Below, one piece after another: positions 21,266 through 33,485 of a stretch of 64,000 nt of DNA (position 1 is the first letter of the stretch; every line of letters starts with the position of its first letter). The notes beneath the pieces are model-generated. The model did not search any database. It saw only the letters and a program-made list of their open reading frames with translations, and had not been told where the DNA came from. Source of the DNA: an uncultured Verrucomicrobiae bacterium. GTDB taxonomy: Bacteria; Verrucomicrobiota; Verrucomicrobiia; Chthoniobacterales; Chthoniobacteraceae. The position numbers and the translations under genes were made by a program. Location of the stretch: NCBI GenBank assembly GCA_963769025.1, contig CAVYKI010000003.1, forward strand, positions 608,001-672,000, read 5' to 3'.

Positions 21266-21961
21266 ATGAAAACGAATGGTCTCTCCCTGGAGGCGCCCTT
21301 GCGCGACGGGGTGAATGCGAACGTGCAGATCCCGATTGGCGCGGTGACGCTGATGGGCGAATTGCAGATCCCCGAGGATGCCGCGGGGCTCGTGATTTTT
21401 GCACACGGGAGCGGCAGCAGCCGGCACAGCCCGCGAAACCAATACGTCGCCCGCGTGCTGCGGGAAGCCGGCACGGGGACGCTCCTTTTTGACCTGCTCA
21501 CGGCAGAGGAGGAAGCCATGGACGACCGCACCGGGGAATTGCGGTTCGACATTCGCTTCCTCGCCAGGCGGCTCGTAGCGGCCACGCGTTGCGTGAGCTC
21601 GTACGCAGAGGCGCAGCGGCTCCCTGTCGGCTATTTCGGATCCAGCACCGGTGGTGCGGCCGCGCTGATGGCCGCTGCGGAGCCCGGCTCCGAAGCGCAG
21701 GCGGTGGTGTCGCGCGGAGGGCGCCCGGACCTCGCGGGCGATGCGCTGCCGCTCGTCAAGGCGCCGACGCTCCTCATCGTCGGCGGGGACGACCGGGAAG
21801 TGCTGCAACTCAATGAGGAAGCCTACGTGCAGCTGCGCTGCGAAAGGCGGCTCGAAGTCGTGCCCCGGGCGACGCACCTCTTCGAGGAGGACGGCGCGCT
21901 CGAAAAAGTTGCGCGGCTCGCGGCCGCGTGGTTTCGGCAACACTTTGAGAAACGACGATGA
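21266..21961 (+). CDS. Dienelactone-hydrolase-like alpha/beta hydrolase
   Basis: FAHGSGSSRHSPRN, GYFGSSTG, VSRGGRPDLA, ATHLFEE. Confidence 0.88.
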   Translation: MKTNGLSLEAPLRDGVNANVQIPIGAVTLMGELQIPEDAAGLVIFAHGSGSSRHSPRNQYVARVLREAGTGTLLFDLLTAEEEAMDDRTGELRFDIRFLARRLVAATRCVSSYAEAQRLPVGYFGSSTGGAAALMAAAEPGSEAQAVVSRGGRPDLAGDALPLVKAPTLLIVGGDDREVLQLNEEAYVQLRCERRLEVVPRATHLFEEDGALEKVARLAAAWFRQHFEKRR

Positions 21962-22623
21962 ACGGGCGATTCCATGATCGCGTGGAGGCAGGCCGGTTGC
22001 TCGCGGAAAAGCTTGGCCAGTATGCGAACCGGCCCGGCGTGCTGGTGCTCGGGCTCCCGCGCGGCGGCGTGCCGGTCGCCGCGCAGGTGGCGCAGGAACT
22101 GAACGCACCGCTCGACGTTTTCGTGGTTCGCAAGCTCGGCACGCCCGGCAACGAGGAACTGGCGATGGGCGCCATCGCGACGGGCGGCGTCCGTGTGCTG
22201 AATCCGCAGGTCGTGGATTCGCTGCACATCCCGGACGGGGTCATCGACGGAGTCGAGGCGCGCGAGCAGCGCGAACTTCATCGCCGCGAGCAGGCCTATC
22301 GCGACGGTCGCCCGACGCCGGAGGTGGAAGGCAGGACTGTCATCGTGGTCGATGACGGCATTGCCACCGGTTCGACGATGTTCGCCGCCATCGCCGCGCT
22401 GCGGATGCTGAATGCCGGCCGCATCGTCGTGGCGGTGCCGACAGTCGCGGCCGACACCTTTGCAGCGATCGACCGGGAGGTGGACGAAATGGTGGCGGTG
22501 ATCGTCCCGGAAGATTTCCGGGGAGTCGGGCAATGGTATGAGGACTTCTCGCAAACGACCGACGAGGAGGTCCGCCAGATTTTGGCCGGGACCGAAACGC
22601 GGATTCGCGGCGCGAATCGATAA
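21958..22623 (+). CDS. Phosphoribosyltransferase family protein
   Basis: GLPRGGVPVA, VRKLG, VIVVDDGIATGST, VGQWYEDF. Confidence 0.9.
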   Translation: MNGRFHDRVEAGRLLAEKLGQYANRPGVLVLGLPRGGVPVAAQVAQELNAPLDVFVVRKLGTPGNEELAMGAIATGGVRVLNPQVVDSLHIPDGVIDGVEAREQRELHRREQAYRDGRPTPEVEGRTVIVVDDGIATGSTMFAAIAALRMLNAGRIVVAVPTVAADTFAAIDREVDEMVAVIVPEDFRGVGQWYEDFSQTTDEEVRQILAGTETRIRGANR

Positions 22624-22787
22624 AGCCACGGGCAGAAATGCGCTGGCAAGCCGTCCGCACTTTGGACCGGGGATGTGTGAGAACGGCCACGCCGGCTGGC
22701 CATTCTTGCGCACGGTGAACGCGTTCCCTCAGGCCGGCGCTCACGCGTTCCGCAGCTCTCCTCTGGCAAATGCTCCATCCGGCTGTT

Positions 22788-22803
22788 TGGCACTGACTTT
22801 GCT
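22788..22803 (+). promoter_or_regulatory. Sigma54 promoter of the guanidine-carboxylase operon
   Basis: TGGCACTGACTTTGCT matches the TGGCAC-N5-TTGC consensus. Confidence 0.8.
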
Positions 22804-23108
22804 AAGAGCCGTCGGCCATTCCCAACCGACCTCCATGCACGCCATTTTGATCCTCAATCCCGCTCCAAGTCTCCCGGACATCCGTCCGGAACGCAGCCCC
22901 TCCACCATGCTCATTGGCGCCCGGGGATGTTGAATTCCCGCTCCCGGCATTCCGCAGACACGCGGATCGATCTGAGGATTTCCTGCGCAAGGCCCACCCG
23001 GTTCATCGCCATGCCGACAAGCACGCCCGCCCCTCCGGAGCCGCGTTCGTCGCACTGAGCGCCCGGCCATTTTCCCTGAAACCCAACCAACAACCCAACA
23101 CGCCAACC

Positions 23109-24075
23109 ATGAAACTCAAATCCACCATCCTCGCGCTCTTCGTCGCCCTCGCGACGACGCTCAACGCGGCGACGCTCAAAATCGGCTACTCCGACTGGCC
23201 GGGCTTCACCGTGCTCGAAGTCGCCAAGCAGAAAGGCTGGTTCAAGGACGCCGGCCTCGATGTCGAGCTCGTGTGGTTCGACTACCTGCCCTCGCTGGAC
23301 GCATTCTCCGCGGGCAAGATCGACGCCGTCACGGCCGTCGGCACCGATGCGCTCGTGAACGGGGCGAACGGCGCGAAGAGCAAGATCATCGCGCTGCTCG
23401 ATTACAGCGACGGCTCGGACATGATCATCGGCGCGCCCGGCGTGAACTCGATCAAGGATTTGAAGGGCAAGAAGATCGGCATCGAGGTCACGCTCGTCGA
23501 GCACCTGCTCCTGCTGAAGGCGCTCGAGGCAAACGGCATGAAGCAATCCGACGTGGAACTCGTGAAGACCGCGACGAACGACACGCCGCAGACGCTCGCT
23601 TCCGGCAAGGTCGCCGCCATTGGCGCGTGGTATCCCGTCTCCGGCCAGGCGCTGAAACAGGTCGCCGGCTCGAAGAAACTCTTCACAAGCGCAGAGGCGA
23701 AAGGCCTCATCTTCGACGTGCTCGCGGTGAGCCCGACCAGCTTTGCCAAGAACAAGGAGGCATGGACCAAGATCGTGGGCATCTACTACAAGTGCGTGGA
23801 TTACCTGCAGGACCCGGCAGACCAAGGATGACGCCATCAAGATCATGGCGGCGAAGGTCGGCGCGGATGTCGCGGAGTACGCCACCAACGTCCCCGGCAC
23901 GCATTTCCTGACGCTCGCCGAGGCAAAGGCCGCGTTCAAAAAAGGCCCGGGGCTCGACTCGATCTACGGCTCGATCGCCGTGGGCAACAAATTCAACCTC
24001 GATAACAAGGTCTACAAGGTCTCGCAGAAGCCGGAGAGCTATCTGTTGCCGAGCGTCGTCGAAGGCCTGAAGTAA
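23109..24075 (+). CDS. ABC substrate-binding protein, SsuA/THI5-like, carboxylase-associated (frameshift near 23820)
   Basis: Signal peptide; LKIGYSDWPG, DYSDGSD, DLKGKKIG. Confidence 0.85.
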
Positions 24076-24092
24076 CCGGCACGGGCGAGGGC

Positions 24093-25165
24093 ATGGCGAA
24101 TCGCGACTGGCTGGGATTGAAGAGCGAACTGCCGCAGCGGCGGAAGTTCGCGCTCGTCATCCTGTCGTTCGCCGTGCCGCTCGCGCTGTGGTGTGCGGTG
24201 AGCTACGTGCCGTGGCTGTGGCATCCGCATGTCCGCGTCACCGCGCCGGGCGACGTGGACTATTTTGTCGAGGACATGGAGCTGCCGCGCGCGGACTTCC
24301 AGCAGGAGCTGGAAAAGGTCCGCGCGGCGGGCGGCACGTTGCCGGAGGGCATCCGCGTGAATCCCATCTACCTGCCCGCCGCCGCACAAGGTCGCCATCG
24401 CCTTCTACACCGCGTTCACCACGGAGCCACGCCTGCCAAATGAGCCGTGGCTGCACGAAAGCCTCGGGCACAGCATCCGCACGATCCTGTCTGGCGTTCC
24501 TGCTCTCCTCGCTCATCGGCGTGCCGCTCGGCATCCTCTGCGGCACGTACCGCTTTTTCTCGCGGCTGCAGGAGCCGTTCATCGAGTTCTTCCGTTACCT
24601 GCCCGCGCCGGCCTTCGGAGCGCTGTGCGTGGCGATCCTCGGCATCGATGACGGGCCGAAGATCGCGATCATTGTCATCGGCACGTTCTTCCAGCAGGTG
24701 CTCGTGATCGGCAACACCGTGCGCAAGGTCGATCCCGCGCTCATCGAAGCCGCGCAGACGCTCGGCGCGCGCGGCTGGCGGCTCGTGCGGCGCGTCGTCA
24801 TCCCGGCGTCGATCAGCGACATCTACACGGACATGCGCATCCTGCTCGGCTGGGCGTGGACTTACCTCATCGTCGCGGAAGTCGTCGGCACGATGTCGGG
24901 CATCACGTTCTTCATCAACCAGCAGGCGCGCTACCGGAACTTCGACAACGTCTATGCGGCGATCTTCATGATCGGCATCATCGGCCTCACGAGCGACATG
25001 CTGCTCGCGGCGCTGGGCAGGGTGATTTTTCCGTGGAAGCGGCGCGGCGGCGGCTCGGGGAAAACTCTCCTCGAATGGATGCGCGAGCCTGGCTCCGCGT
25101 TTTCAAAGCCAAAGCGCAAACCGGCGCTGGCTCCCGCGGCCGCGACGGAACTCCCGAAGGCCTGA
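24093..25165 (+). CDS. ABC permease, SsuC/TauC type (frameshifted)
   Basis: EFFRYLPAPAF, LIEAAQTLGA, GWAWTYLIVAE. Confidence 0.88.
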
Positions 25166-25168
25166 CCC

Positions 25169-26076
25169 ATGTCGCTCCACTCGCTCGAACTTCCCGATTA
25201 CCGCGAACAGGCGCCCGAGGTCGCCGCGCGCTTCGCGAAGATCCGCCAGCGCCCCGTCGTCCTGAGCGTGCGAGGCCTGCGCAAGGACTTCGGCGCGACC
25301 GGCAGCGCGCACACGGTCTTCGACAACGTCTCGCTCGACATCCACCGGCGCGAATTCATCACCGTCATCGGCCCGTCGCGGCTGCGGAAAATCGACCTTC
25401 ATCCGCATCGTCGCCGGGCTCGACGACGCGACCAGCGGCGAGATTCTGCTCGATGGCAAACCCATCCACGGCCCCGGCCCGGACCGCGGCATGGTCTTCC
25501 AGGGCTACACGCTCTTCCCGTGGCGCACGGTGAAGCAGAACGTGATGTTCGGCCTCGAAATGCGCGGCGAGGGCAGCTCCGCCGCCGAGTCCGAAGCCCG
25601 GCAGTGGCTCGACATGGTCGGCCTTTCGAAATTCGAGAACTCCTACCCGCACGAGCTGACCGGCGGCATGAAGCAGCGCGTCGCCATCGCCCGCGCGCTC
25701 GCGAACGAGCCGCGCATTCTGATCATGGACGAGCCCTTCGGCGCGCTCGACGCGCAGACCCGCGCGCAAGATGCAGAGCTACCTGCTGCAGATTTGGAAA
25801 AAGGTGAACGTCACCATCCTCTTCATCACCCACGACCTCGATGAGGCCGTGCTTCTCTCCGACCGCATCCTGGTGCTCGGCGTGAATCCCGGCGGCGTGC
25901 GCGAAGTCATCGAGAATCCCGTGCCTCGTCCGCGCAGCGCCGGGCAGATGCTCACGCCGGAGTTCCTCGCCGTGAAGCACCGGCTCGACGAACTCATCCA
26001 CGGCCCCGTCGCCGAACAGGAGGAGGAAAAGCTGCCTGTGATCAAACTGACTGACGCGGGCGACGAAGTGGAGTGA
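25169..26076 (+). CDS. ABC ATPase, SsuB/TauB type (frameshifted)
   Basis: GPS(G)[48 protein letters not shown]. Confidence 0.9.
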
Positions 26077-26088
26077 CCTTTCAATCGC

Positions 26089-26805
26089 ATGCCAACCGAA
26101 CCCATCCTCTTCGAAGAACTTCTCCCCGGCGGCGGCCTGTGGTCGTGGGTCCTGCGACGCCACACCACGCTCCGGCTCACGGACCTCGAAGGCGGCGCAA
26201 ACGTCGGCCTCATGGCCTGGAACGCCGACGCGCCGTCCGACCGTCTGAACATCCCCGACACGCTCAAGGCGCAATACACCGCAAAGCTCACTCGCGGCCA
26301 CGTGCTGATGAGCGACATGGGCCGCGCGCTGCTTTCAATCACCGCCGACACCTGCGGCTGGCACGACCCGCTCGGCGGCCACGGAAACGCGGCGCTCGTG
26401 CGTGCGAAATACGGGGAGAACGATTACCAAAAGGCCCGCAACGACTGGCATCGCAACGCGCACGACAATTTCCTCATCGAGCTCGGCAAGCATGGCCTCG
26501 GCGCGCGCGACCTCGTGGCGAATGTGAATTTCTTCAGCCGCCTCGACGCGGACGACGGGGGCCGGCTCGCGTTTCACGCCGGAAACTCGAAGGCCGGCAC
26601 GACCGTCGATCTGCGCGCGGAGATGAACGTGCTCGTCGTCCTGAACACCTGCCAGCACCCGCTCGATCCGAATCCAAGCTACGCGCCAAAGCCGATCCAA
26701 CTCACGCTGCTCAAGACGCCGCCGCCGGGCGCGGACGACTACTGCCGCAATTTTCGCGGCGAGAACCAACGCAGCTTCATCCTCACCGAACGCTACTTCG
26801 CATGA
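26089..26805 (+). CDS. cgdA: Carboxyguanidine deiminase subunit A (DUF1989, urea carboxylase-associated protein)
   Basis: [45 protein letters not shown]. Confidence 0.87.
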   Translation: MPTEPILFEELLPGGGLWSWVLRRHTTLRLTDLEGGANVGLMAWNADAPSDRLNIPDTLKAQYTAKLTRGHVLMSDMGRALLSITADTCGWHDPLGGHGNAALVRAKYGENDYQKARNDWHRNAHDNFLIELGKHGLGARDLVANVNFFSRLDADDGGRLAFHAGNSKAGTTVDLRAEMNVLVVLNTCQHPLDPNPSYAPKPIQLTLLKTPPPGADDYCRNFRGENQRSFILTERYFA

Positions 26806-27450
26806 GCACCCTCATCTACACCGAGAGCGCACTCGACCCCGCCGACGCGATCTACGATTTCACGCTCCCCGCCGGCGACGGCTGGATGCACGAAATCAAG
26901 CGCGGGCAGACTTTCCGCATCGTCGATCTCGAAGGCAATCAGGCCGCGGACACGCTCTTCTACAACGCGCACGACATGAGCGACCGCTACACCGCGCAGG
27001 ACACGATCCGCGCGCAGTCGGCGATCTATCTCACGACTGGCACGAAGCTCATGTCGGGCGAAGGCAACGTGCTGCTGACCATCACCGCCGACACATGCGG
27101 GCGGCACGACACGCTCGGCGGCGCCTGCGCGACGGAGAGCAACCAGGTCCGCTACGCGCTGGACAAACGCTGGATGCACGCCTGCCGCGACACCTTCATG
27201 CTGCAGGTGCATGCGCTGGGGCCGCGGCGCGTCGAAGGCGGACATCACGCACAACATCAACTTTTTCATGAACGTGCCCGTGACGCCCGACGGCGGGCTG
27301 TCCTTCGCCGACGGCGTGAGCGCGGGTGGCCGGTACGTGGAGATGCGCGCGGAGATGGACGTGATCGCGCTCATCTCGAATTGCCCGCAGCTCAACAATC
27401 CCTGCAACGCCTATAACCCGACGCCCGTGCGGCTGCTCATCTGGAACTGA
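26802..27450 (+). CDS. cgdB: Carboxyguanidine deiminase subunit B (frameshift near 27210)
   Basis: [52 protein letters not shown]. Confidence 0.9.
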
Positions 27451-27456
27451 ACCGGA

Positions 27457-30400
27457 ATGTTTACGAAAGTCCTCATCGCCAATCGCGGCGAAATCGCCTG
27501 CCGCATCATCCGCACACTGCGAACGCTCGGCGTCGCATCCGTCGCGGTGTATTCCGAGGCGGATCGGCACGCGATGCACGTGAACCTGGCGGATGAAGCC
27601 GTGTGCATCGGCCCGGCACCGGCGCGGGAGAGCTATCTGAATGCGGACGCGCATCCTCGAAGCCGCGCGGCAGACTGGCGCGCAGGCGGTCCATCCCGGC
27701 TACGGATTCCTCAGCGAGAACGCGGACTTCGCCGAGGCGTGCGAAGGCGCGGGGATCGCGTTCATCGGGCCGACGGCGGAGCAGATCCGGCGCTTCGGGC
27801 TGAAGCACACGTCCCGCGAGATCGCGGCGAAATGCGGCGTGCCGCTGCTGCCGGGCACCGGCCTGCTGGCGACAGTCGAGGAGGCCGTCGTCGAGGCGGA
27901 GCGCATCGGTTTTCCGGTGATGCTGAAGAGCACGGCGGGCGGCGGCGGCATCGGCATGCAGCTCTGCGCACACTGCGGACGAGCTGCGCGAGAAATTCGA
28001 GACGGTGCGCAGTCTCGGGCGAAGACAACTTCAAGGACGACGGGCTGTTTCTCGAAAAGTTCGTCGACCGTCGCCCGGCATGTCGAGGTGCAGATCTTCG
28101 GCGATGGCCGCGGCAACGTGATCGCGCTCGGCGAGCGCGATTGCTCGACGCAGCGGCGCAATCAGAAGGTCATCGAGGAAACTCCCGCGCCGGGCCTCAG
28201 CGAGGAACAGCGCGCCGCGCTGTGCGAGTCGGCGGTGCGGCTCGGACGCGAGGTCGGCTACCGCTCGGCGGGCACGGTCGAGTTCGTCTTCGATGCGCAG
28301 GCGGGCGCCTTCTATTTCCTCGAGGTGAACACGCGCCTGCAGGTCGAGCACGGCGTCACCGAGATGGTCACCGGGACTCGATCTCGTCGAGTGGATGCTG
28401 CGCCTCGCCGCCGGCGAGCCGCCGGATTTCGCGAGCCACCGGCACGAACCGCGCGGCAGCTCGATCCAGGTCCGCATCTACGCGGAAGACCCCGGCAAAA
28501 ACTTCCAGCCCAGCTCCGGTCTGCTCACCGAGGTCAGCTTTCCCGAGAACGCGCGGTGCGATCACTGGATCGAGGCCGGCACGGAGGTATCGCCATTTTA
28601 CGATCCGCTGCTCGCCAAGCTGATCGTCCACGCCGACACGCGCGACGCGGCGATCTCGGCAGCTCGGCGAAGCGCTCGCGGCGACACGCATCGAGGGCAT
28701 CGAGACCAATCGCGATTACCTCGCGGCAGGTCGTCGCGAGCGCGGCGTTTCGCGAAGGCGACGTCTTCACCGGCATTCCTGCGCGACTTCCCCTATCGCC
28801 CGCGGACCATCGAGGTGCTCGACGGCGGGCACGCAGACGACCGTGCAGGATTACCCCGGCCGGCTCGGCTACTGGGCGGTCGGCGTGCCGCCGTGCGGGC
28901 CGATGGATTCGCTCTCGTTCCGTCTCGGCAACCGGCTGCTGAACAATCTCGAAGGACGCCGCCGGTCTGGAGATGACGATGACCGGCCCGACGCTGCGCT
29001 TCAACGTGCCGACGACCATCTGCCTCACCGGCGCAGACATGCGCGCGAAGCTCGACGGGCAGCCGGTGCCGTACTGGCAGCCGGTCGAAGGTGAAGCCGG
29101 ACAGACGCTCGCGATCGGCGCGGTGGATGGCCCCGGCGCGCGGACGTATCTCACGGTCGCGCGGCGGATTCGATGTGCCGCAGTATCTCGGCAGTCGCGC
29201 TCGACCTTCACGCTCGGAAAATTCGGCGGCCACGCCGGGCGCGCGCTGCGCGCGGGCGATGTGCTGAAATTGCGCTATCCCGACGCGCCCGAGGTCGAAG
29301 GACTGAGCCTGCCGCTCGAACTCGAGCCGCACCTCACGCACGAATGGGAAATCGGCGTGCTCTACGGCCCGCACGGCGCGCCGGATTTTTTCACCCGCGA
29401 AGACATCGCGACGTTCTTCGCGACCGAGTGGAAGGTGCATTACAACTCCGCACGCACCGGCGTGCGGCTCATCGGGCCGAAGCCGCAGTGGGCGCGCACG
29501 CGACGGCGGCGAGGCCGGGCTGCACCCATCGAACATCCACGACAACGCCTACGCCGTCGGCGCGATCGATTTCACCGGCGACATGCCGATCATCCTCGGG
29601 CCCGATGGACCGAGCCTCGGCGGATTCGTCTGCCCGGCGGTGATCGTGCAGGCGGAGCTTTGGAAAGTTGGACAGCTCAAGCCCGGCGACACCGTGCGCT
29701 TTCTGCCGTTGAGCGCCGAGGCCGCCGCGGACTTGCGACGGCTCCAGGATGCCGAGATCGCACAGCTCGCAGCGCAGCCCCACGCCGCGCCCAGAACCCA
29801 TCGCCATTCCCGCCGATGCCGCGCTCCGTCGCGACCCGGCGCGCGACGGTCTGCCGGCGATGATCTTCCGCCCGCAGGGCGACGATTACCTGCTCGTCGA
29901 ATACGGGCCGATCGTCCTCGATTTCGAACTCCGCTTCCGCGTCCACGCGCTGATGACGTGGCTGGAGCAGCAGCACATCGCCCGGCATCATCGATCTCAC
30001 GCCCGGCATCCGCTCGCTGCAGATCCACTTCGACGCACGCAAGCTGTCGCGCGCGCGGAACTGCTCGACGCTTCTCGACCCGCGGCGAAGCCGAACTGCC
30101 GCCACTCGACGACGCTCGAAGTGCCGACGCGCATCGTGCATCTGCCGCTCTCGTGGGACGACCCCGCGACGCAGCTCGCGATCGAAAAGTACATGGCCAG
30201 CGGTGCGCCCGGATGCGCCGTGGTGCCCGAGCAACATCGAATTCATCCGCCGCATCAACGGGCTCGACTCCATCGAGGACGTGAAGCGGATCGTCTTCGA
30301 CGCGAGCTACCTCGTCCTCGGCCTCGGCGATGTCTATCTCGGCGCGCCGGTCGCCACGCCGCTCGATCCGCGGCACCGGCTCGTGACGACGAAATACAAT

Positions 30401-31078
30401 CCCGCGCGCACGTGGACGCCGGAGAATGCCGTCGGCATCGGCGGCGCGTACATGTGCGTCTACGGCATGGAAGGGCCGGGCGGATACCAGTTCGTCGGCC
30501 GCACGATCCAGATGTGGAATCGCTGGCGCGCCACCGCCGATTTCGACGGCAAGCCGTGGCTGCTGCGGTTCTTCGACCAGATCCGCTTTTACCCGGTCAC
30601 CGCCGACGAGCTGCTGCACCTGCGCGAGGACTTCCCGCAAGGCCGCCATAAGGTGCGCATCGAGGAGACGACCTTCCGCCTGCGCGACTACCACCAGTTC
30701 CTGCACTCCATCGAAGGCGATGCCTCGGCCTTTAAGGCGAAGCGCGAGGCCGCCTTCGCGGCAGAGCGCGAACGCTGGCATCAGGCCGGCCTCGATGCCG
30801 TTCCCGCCGAGCCGGAGCCGGAAGTGATCGAGGAACAGCTCAGCATCCCGCCCGGCGTGAGCGTGGCGCGCGCACCGCTGCCCGCAAACGTGTGGCAGGT
30901 GCTGGTGCAGCCGGGCGCACGCGTGGCGGCGGGCGACAAGCTCGTCGTGCTCGAAGCGATGAAGATGGAAATCGCCGTGACCGCACCCGAGTCTGGCGTC
31001 GTGACCGAAATCCTCTGCACGCCCGGCAAGCAGGTATCTCCCGGCCAGGCGCTCTGCCTCATCGAAAGCGGTCAGTGA
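27457..31078 (+). CDS. uca: Urea/guanidine carboxylase, biotin-dependent (several frameshifts)
   Basis: [71 protein letters not shown] biotin site. Confidence 0.93.
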
Positions 31079-31206
31079 CGCTTTGCATGGCACGCGTCCG
31101 CCGTCGCATGACCTGAGCTCGCGGCGAGGCGGAACATCAGGACTCTGCATTTGCGCCCCAGTCCCCGGGTTGATTGAATCAGCCGTCATTCCCCTGCCCT
31201 CGCCCC

Positions 31207-32445
31207 ATGAACCCGCTCCCCATGCTCGCAGCGCTTGCCGTTTGCACCGTCGCCGGAACCGCAGCGGAGCCGTTTCGTAAAACGCTCATCAGCACGCGCG
31301 ACAATGTGCGCGTGGATGAAGTGACCATCAGCGGCAAGGAGGTGACGCCCAAGCAGCCCGGTTGGTCGGTGAAGAAGCTGACGCTCCACGGCGGCAAGCA
31401 GGAGGGCGTGGATGTCATCGTCGTGGACAACGGCGCGCTGCAATTCACGGTGATCCCGACGCGCGGGATGGGCGTGCTTTCGGTCACGCGGGGCGACGTG
31501 CGGCTCGGCTGGGATTCGCCGGTGAAGGAGGTCGTGCATCCGCGGCACATCAACCTGCAAAGCCGCGGCGGGCTCGGTTGGCTCGATGGGTTCAACGAAT
31601 GGATGGTGCGCTGCGGACTCGAGAGCAACGGCCATCCCGGCACGGACAAGTTCATCAACAACGTCGGCGACGAGGCGACGATGGACCTGACGCTGCACGG
31701 CAAGATCCAGAACATCCCTGCGAGCGAAGTGGAGGTGGTCGTGGATCGCGAGCCGCCGCATCGCATCCGGATCCGCGGGCGCGTGGACGAGCGGATGTTC
31801 TACGGTCCGAAGCTGGAACTGCAGACGGAGATATCGACGGAGCCCGGCGCGGGCGCGTTCCGCATTTCGGACACGATCACGAACCGCGGCGCGGAGGAGC
31901 AGGAGTTTGAAATCATCTACCACGCCAACTACGGCCCCCCGCTGCTGGAGGAAGGTTCGACCTTTCTCGCACCCGTCGCGAAAGTCACGCCGTTCAACGA
32001 GCACGCCGCGAAGGAGGTTGCAAATTACGCACGCTACGCCGGACCCACGGCCGGGTTTGTCGAGCAGGTTTATTGCATCCGCCCGCTGGCGGACAAAGAC
32101 GGACGGACGCTCATCGCGCTGCAAAACAAGGCGGGCGACCGCGCGGTCTCGATGAGTTTTTCGGTGAAGGAATTGCCCTATGTATCGCTGTGGAAAAACA
32201 CCAATGCCGTGGACGAGGGCTACGTGACCGGATTGGAGCCCGGCACGAATTTCCCGAACAACCGACGCATCGAACGCAAGCTCGGCCGCGTGCCGAAACT
32301 CGCGCCCGGCGCGAGCCACATCGCCACGATCGACTTCGCGGTTCTCACCAGCGCGGAAGAGACGCGGCAGCTCGCCGAGCGCATTGCCGCGATTCAATCC
32401 ACCGCGAAGCCGGTGCTCGAACAGCAACCTGAAAAGAAGGACTAA
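31207..32445 (+). CDS. Secreted aldose 1-epimerase-like protein (DUF4432)
   Basis: [44 protein letters not shown]. Confidence 0.85.
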   Translation: MNPLPMLAALAVCTVAGTAAEPFRKTLISTRDNVRVDEVTISGKEVTPKQPGWSVKKLTLHGGKQEGVDVIVVDNGALQFTVIPTRGMGVLSVTRGDVRLGWDSPVKEVVHPRHINLQSRGGLGWLDGFNEWMVRCGLESNGHPGTDKFINNVGDEATMDLTLHGKIQNIPASEVEVVVDREPPHRIRIRGRVDERMFYGPKLELQTEISTEPGAGAFRISDTITNRGAEEQEFEIIYHANYGPPLLEEGSTFLAPVAKVTPFNEHAAKEVANYARYAGPTAGFVEQVYCIRPLADKDGRTLIALQNKAGDRAVSMSFSVKELPYVSLWKNTNAVDEGYVTGLEPGTNFPNNRRIERKLGRVPKLAPGASHIATIDFAVLTSAEETRQLAERIAAIQSTAKPVLEQQPEKKD

Positions 32446-32448
32446 CGA

Positions 32449-33334
32449 GTGGCCGTGAACGCCCCCACCCCCAGGATTCTCTCCTGCGGCGAAGTGCTGT
32501 GGGATCTGTTTCCCGAAGGCGCGCGCTTTGGCGGCGCACCGGCGAACTTCGCCTGCCATGCGGCGATCCTCGAGCGGCGCGGTATCGATGCTGAGCGCGG
32601 TAGGCGAGGATGCTCGCGGCGACGAGGCGCTCGCGATTCTGAACGGCTTTGGCATCGACACGTCTCTCGTGCAGCGCATCGCCGATGCGCCCACGGGCAG
32701 CGTCGGCGTCAGCGTGGATGCGGCGGGCAAGCCTACGTTTGAAATTCACGCCGGCTCGGCATGGGATCGCATCGCGTGGACGGACGTGCTCGATGCGCGC
32801 GTCGCGGAAGTGGACGCGGTTTGCTTCGGCACGCTCGGGCAACGCGGCGCGACCTCGCGCGCGACGATCCGCCGTGCCCTCACGCTCGCGAAGGCGCGCG
32901 GCATTCTCCGCGTGCTCGATGTGAATCTGCGGAGGCCGTTCCACGATGCCGCGCTCATCCGCGAATCCATCGCCCTGGCGGACGTGCTGAAACTGAGCGA
33001 CGACGAACTTCCCGAAGTCGCCCGGGCCAGTGACATCGCGCTGGATCCGGAACCCGCGACCACGCCGCGGGCCTTGCTCACGCGTTTCGGCCTCGACCTC
33101 GTCGTCATGACGCGCGGCGCGCACGGCGCCCTCCTCGTGTCCGCCGCGGACACGGTCGATCAGCCGGGCATCCCGACGAAGATCGTGGACACCGTCGGCG
33201 CCGGCGATGCGTTCACCGCCGCGCTTGTCCTCGGCCTGCTGCGCGGCGAGCCTTGGGGAGTCATGCTCCGCAAGGCCTGCGAAACCGCAGCCGCCGTCTG
33301 CGCACAATCCGGTGCGGTCCCGTTGATTCGCTGA
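32449..33334 (+). CDS. PfkB family carbohydrate kinase (frameshift near 32575)
   Basis: GEVLWD, GGAPANFA, DVNLR, LKLSDDE, VDTVGAGDAF. Confidence 0.9.
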
Positions 33335-33485
33335 GTACGGGAGACCCGGTTTCCACTTCGCGTGGTTCGCGAATCGCGCCGGCAGGAGAGCCTTTCCGCT
33401 GAAATCCATCTGGCATTGGCGGGGCGGTTGACTCAATCCTGCGGGCCTTGCGGCGCTGTCGCCTTCAACCCCTACCCCCTCGACG

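Noticed and set aside
19631..22108. Long antisense ORFs (825 aa here; also 29549-31189, 40420-42276, 534-3041 and others)
   Set aside because: Shadow ORFs opposite well-supported genes in GC-rich DNA; Arg/Ala/Gly-rich with no motifs.
22804..23108. Guanidine-I/II/III riboswitch
   Set aside because: Expected from context, but the consensus elements (for example twin ACGR-loop hairpins or the guanidine-I 3' motif) were not found by eye.
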